A stretch of DNA of 64,000 nucleotides, taken from assembly GCA_044892525.1 (NCBI GenBank), contig CM097886.1:92194001-92258000 (forward strand), read 5' to 3'. The notes below the pieces were generated by a model that worked only from the letters and a program-made list of their open reading frames with translations, was not told the DNA's origin and ran no database searches. The position numbers and the translations under genes were made by a program. Below, one piece after another: positions 60,806 to 64,000 of this stretch (the first letter of the stretch is position 1; each line of letters begins with the position of its first letter). The stretch is from Schmidtea polychroa (taxonomy: Eukaryota).

Positions 60806-61455
60806 GTGTCCAACGTAAAAACAATGGAAAAGATTATGGAAGAGAATTTTTCATCCGAATCTTTAGATTCTTTTTATCCGAGCATCAAAATTGTTGGTTT
60901 TGGAGTTCCTTGCAGTGGGATATGCTATGAATTGTTGATCAATAAGAACACTGCTGTCGAGAAATGCCAAGATTTTTGTGAGATTTGCACACTATATTTA
61001 ATTGAAGAATCCAGTACGCTAGGTGGAATAAATAAAGACTGTACGCCCAAAGAGGTAAAATTCAATGAGAGCGTCTTCTTCAAAAGAAAATTCAATGTTG
61101 AGCGTAATATTCCGCTGACTTGGGTTTTTGGCGCCTATTAACGAGGAACCAAAAGTGTTTTTATAGTTCCCGAGACAGATCGTTCGAACGCAACACTGAT
61201 GGCAATTATTAATAAAAAAATATTATCAGGCACGTGAATTATAAGTGATGGCTGGGCTGCTTGTGTTGATATTGAGCGTTACGGTAATTCATTCACGAAA
61301 CTTTGTTAATCCCAATGATCCTACTATTCACAATTAACATATTGAAAATACATGGTTGCATGCGACGAAAAAATTAAGGAATCAATTTGGACCAAGGCAA
61401 GAACATTTGGAAGAATATCTTGGTGAATTTCTATTTCGTCGGAGATTTGAAATGA
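60806..61455 (+). mobile_element. Merlin (IS1595/ISXO2-like) transposase pseudogene
   Basis: EVKFNESVFFKRKFN...WVFGAY*RGTK...IISDGWAA...NFVNP...IENTW...LEEYLGEFLFRRRF; 5' end lost in the N gap. Confidence 0.85.
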
Positions 61456-61544
61456 ATTATTAGTTGCAATTAGCCGACTTTATTTTAATTAAAAAAATAA
61501 ATTGTATATTTTTTTTGAAAAATTGTATATGCTAGGATATAACC

Positions 61545-61600
<56 letters not shown>
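61545..61600. repeat. (TAA)n microsatellite
   Basis: About 18 uninterrupted units. Confidence 0.95.
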
Positions 61601-62407
61601 CGTAATAAAATATCAAAGATATGTATGGTAACGTACAATAGATGATAAAACGGTTCTAACTGTATTGGACAGTTCTTTTATTTTTACCTTAGAAACGATG
61701 AAAATATGAAATTATATTGTCATCAGAAATATTTTCCAAAAAAAGAAATCAAAATAAAGACCAAAATTAACGAAAGTGAAACAATTTTATTAAGAAAAAA
61801 TTTTGATTTTCAAAGTCGGTAATTTGCTTTCATTTATTTTTAAATTATCAATTTAATTTATACGGATACTGATTTAATTGTTTTATTGTTTTATTGTTTT
61901 AATAGGATACTGTTATGGTCTGAGTATTTTTTCTTTTTACCCATAAATAAAATAAATTATAATGAATCTGAGGGGACGAGAATTTTAATTTTAATTTCTT
62001 TTATATAATTCAAAGGCAAAAGGTTTTCATTAATCACATTTGATTCTTAGTGTCATAGATTGAAAATTCCCTACGGATGCAAGATATACCGACCTTAATT
62101 AGAAGGGTATTATTGTAGTGATCACACAATTTTACTCAATTGATCTTTCATTCTAAAAGTCATTTGACCACATTAATTATGTATATAGAAAATAAAACTA
62201 GTCATACGTTTAATAAAAACATTACTATGTGTAATTTTTCTCAAAAACTCCGATATTTGTATATTATTTTATAAATATTTTGTAATTATTGAGTATCTAT
62301 CATAAAGAAAGTTTGCATACCAAAAACTATTTTGGAACTTATATTTTAATGTTGCCAGAATAAGTGTAATTATATAATCATAATAGGTAATAATAATAAA
62401 GGAAATC

Positions 62408-62490
62408 ACTTGAAAAAGGCAGTGCCAAAAATTTGTGAATATCAAAAAAACATTGAAATGTTTACTGATTCCTTTCAAGCTTTATAATAA
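62408..62490. mobile_element. Isolated family C TIR arm
   Basis: TTGAAAAAGGCAGTGCCAAAAATTTGTGAATATCAAAAAAACATTG...TTTACTGATTC...TCAAGCTTT matches 37542-37617. Confidence 0.7.
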
Positions 62491-63524
62491 ATACAGAGTC
62501 AATTGAGAAGAAATCAGAAGTGAAAATTGAAAAATGTTCTTAAAAAATAATAATTATTATTTTTACATCAGTTACGGGCACGATGACAGTATTATGTCGT
62601 AACCACTGGGGTTCGTTTCGCACTGGTGCGGTAGAAGAGGCAGATAATATTCGCCCCACTGAAAAAGGCATAGTTATTTTGTTCAGGAAAATGTTTTAAA
62701 AGGCCAATATTCCACCAGTATTTTCACAGAAAATATCTTCAGATAGCAATAATGTAATAATAGAACAATCGGAACTCAACGAAAGCTTTTGTCCTGAATT
62801 ATACTCCCATTACTTCCCTATGTTTGTATTTCTAATACTGTTAGCTTCAAGGACTGTCCCGTTCACAAATTAACTCCACTCTGCACCAGTTTTACAAGTT
62901 TAACTGTAAACAAGGGTTTACCAAATTTATTTGCAGAATTTTGTGACTTGATATTACAATTCTAAACCTTAGTATTTTTATGGTCAGAAAAAAGTTACAT
63001 GTCAACCAAGATAGGAAAGAATTTCTTGCAGCTAATTGAAAAACTAGATTAGCATATTAGTCCTCAAAATTATTATGACTGTCCTTCTCATTAGTATATA
63101 ATTAAGATAATAAACAATTGTATTTTTCAAATAAAATTACATTATTTATTTAGTCACCTTTGATTTGTTTTCTAATTTTGAAAATTATTTATTTTGGACA
63201 ATAGATAAAAAATTTGATATTTTAAAAAATACAAATATTTGGTTTTGCTTTATCAACCGGTACCCTTCTGATAACTGTCCATTAATTTCTAATTATATAA
63301 ATTTCATATAAATTTGAAATATAAATATTATTTTTTATTTAAGGTTTTCCTTTTTTACAATGATCTTGAAAATTAATAATGCTAATTTCTAAATTAATCA
63401 TCTTTAATTTAATTTTGATTATGATAATTTTATATTTTAATTATTATTAAATATTTATTGTAAATTTAACATTTGTAATATATCAATTAATTAATGTTTT
63501 CATTACTATAACATAATTATTTAA

Positions 63525-64000
63525 GGATATCAAGGTAAGGAGATTGAAAGAATGAAATCGACCCCAAAAATATCTATGGAGATAACACAAAAAAAGAAGA
63601 AATATTTTTATCTTAATATCTCATTCATCAGTGACATACTCGACTTCAAAATCCTAAAAGAATTAAAACGCACAGGCCTTCCTATTCGTATAGCAGATAA
63701 ATATTGGATATTGAGAAAAGCTCTGGGAAACAACGCGAAAAAAGGAAACAATTGCACAAAAGAGATATGCTTTGCACCAAAGAGTTAAAGAACATCTAGA
63801 TCCTAGTGAAAAATCCTCTGTATACAGATTTTTCCAAAAATGTCAACCAAGGAAGGAAAGAAAAAATATTTTTATCGAAATCTTAGCCAATGAAAACATC
63901 CAAAAAAAGTCATATTTAATGAACCAATTCTCATTATAAACAGACAGCCAACAATCAACACTAAAGAAGAAATCAATGAAATCATCAATTTGATTTGTTG
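63525..64000 (+). mobile_element. Penelope-like element family B remnant with the VY..C..C..YIG segment deleted
   Basis: GYQGKEIE...KKKYFYLNISFISD..., then HQRVKEHLDPSEKSSVYRF and EPILIINRQPTINTKEE; colinear with 20623-21000 except for the deletion. Confidence 0.82.

Noticed and set aside
62590-62640. GGGGTTCGTTTCG B-box-like sequence suggesting a tRNA or tRNA-derived SINE
   Set aside because: No A box or cloverleaf and no second copy in the window.

Overview
Very AT-rich eukaryotic (animal-like) draft-assembly window with seven N gaps. The few introns I can read are 40-52 nt. It is dominated by nested and internally deleted transposable elements. Only one conventional host-type gene piece is clear: the first coding exon of a Shaw/Kv3-type potassium channel (45069-45614, minus). 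The left end (1-4475) is an unusual cluster of intronless RING-finger genes. One long ORF is bracketed by a perfect >=205-bp inverted repeat, and a second, internally deleted copy faces the other way behind an 80-bp repeat array and an AP-1/CCAAT/TATA promoter. A CsRn1-like Ty3/Gypsy element (7805-14785; 629-bp LTRs, GTTTG TSD, GGGAAAC slippery site plus pseudoknot) splits the GIY-YIG domain of a Penelope-like element (PLE) and itself carries a piggyBac fragment. A second, decayed Gypsy with ~96-bp LTRs lies at 50592-54156. There are two PLE families, minimal hammerhead ribozymes of the PLE type, and a second multi-copy hammerhead-like fold with a non-canonical TTGATAA core. Also present are hAT, piggyBac, Tc1/mariner, Merlin and Helitron relics or MITEs, a Tc1-type element carrying a spliced HTH mini-gene, and a multiply deleted actin-like relic. 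All alignments and identities were judged by eye; no database searches were run.
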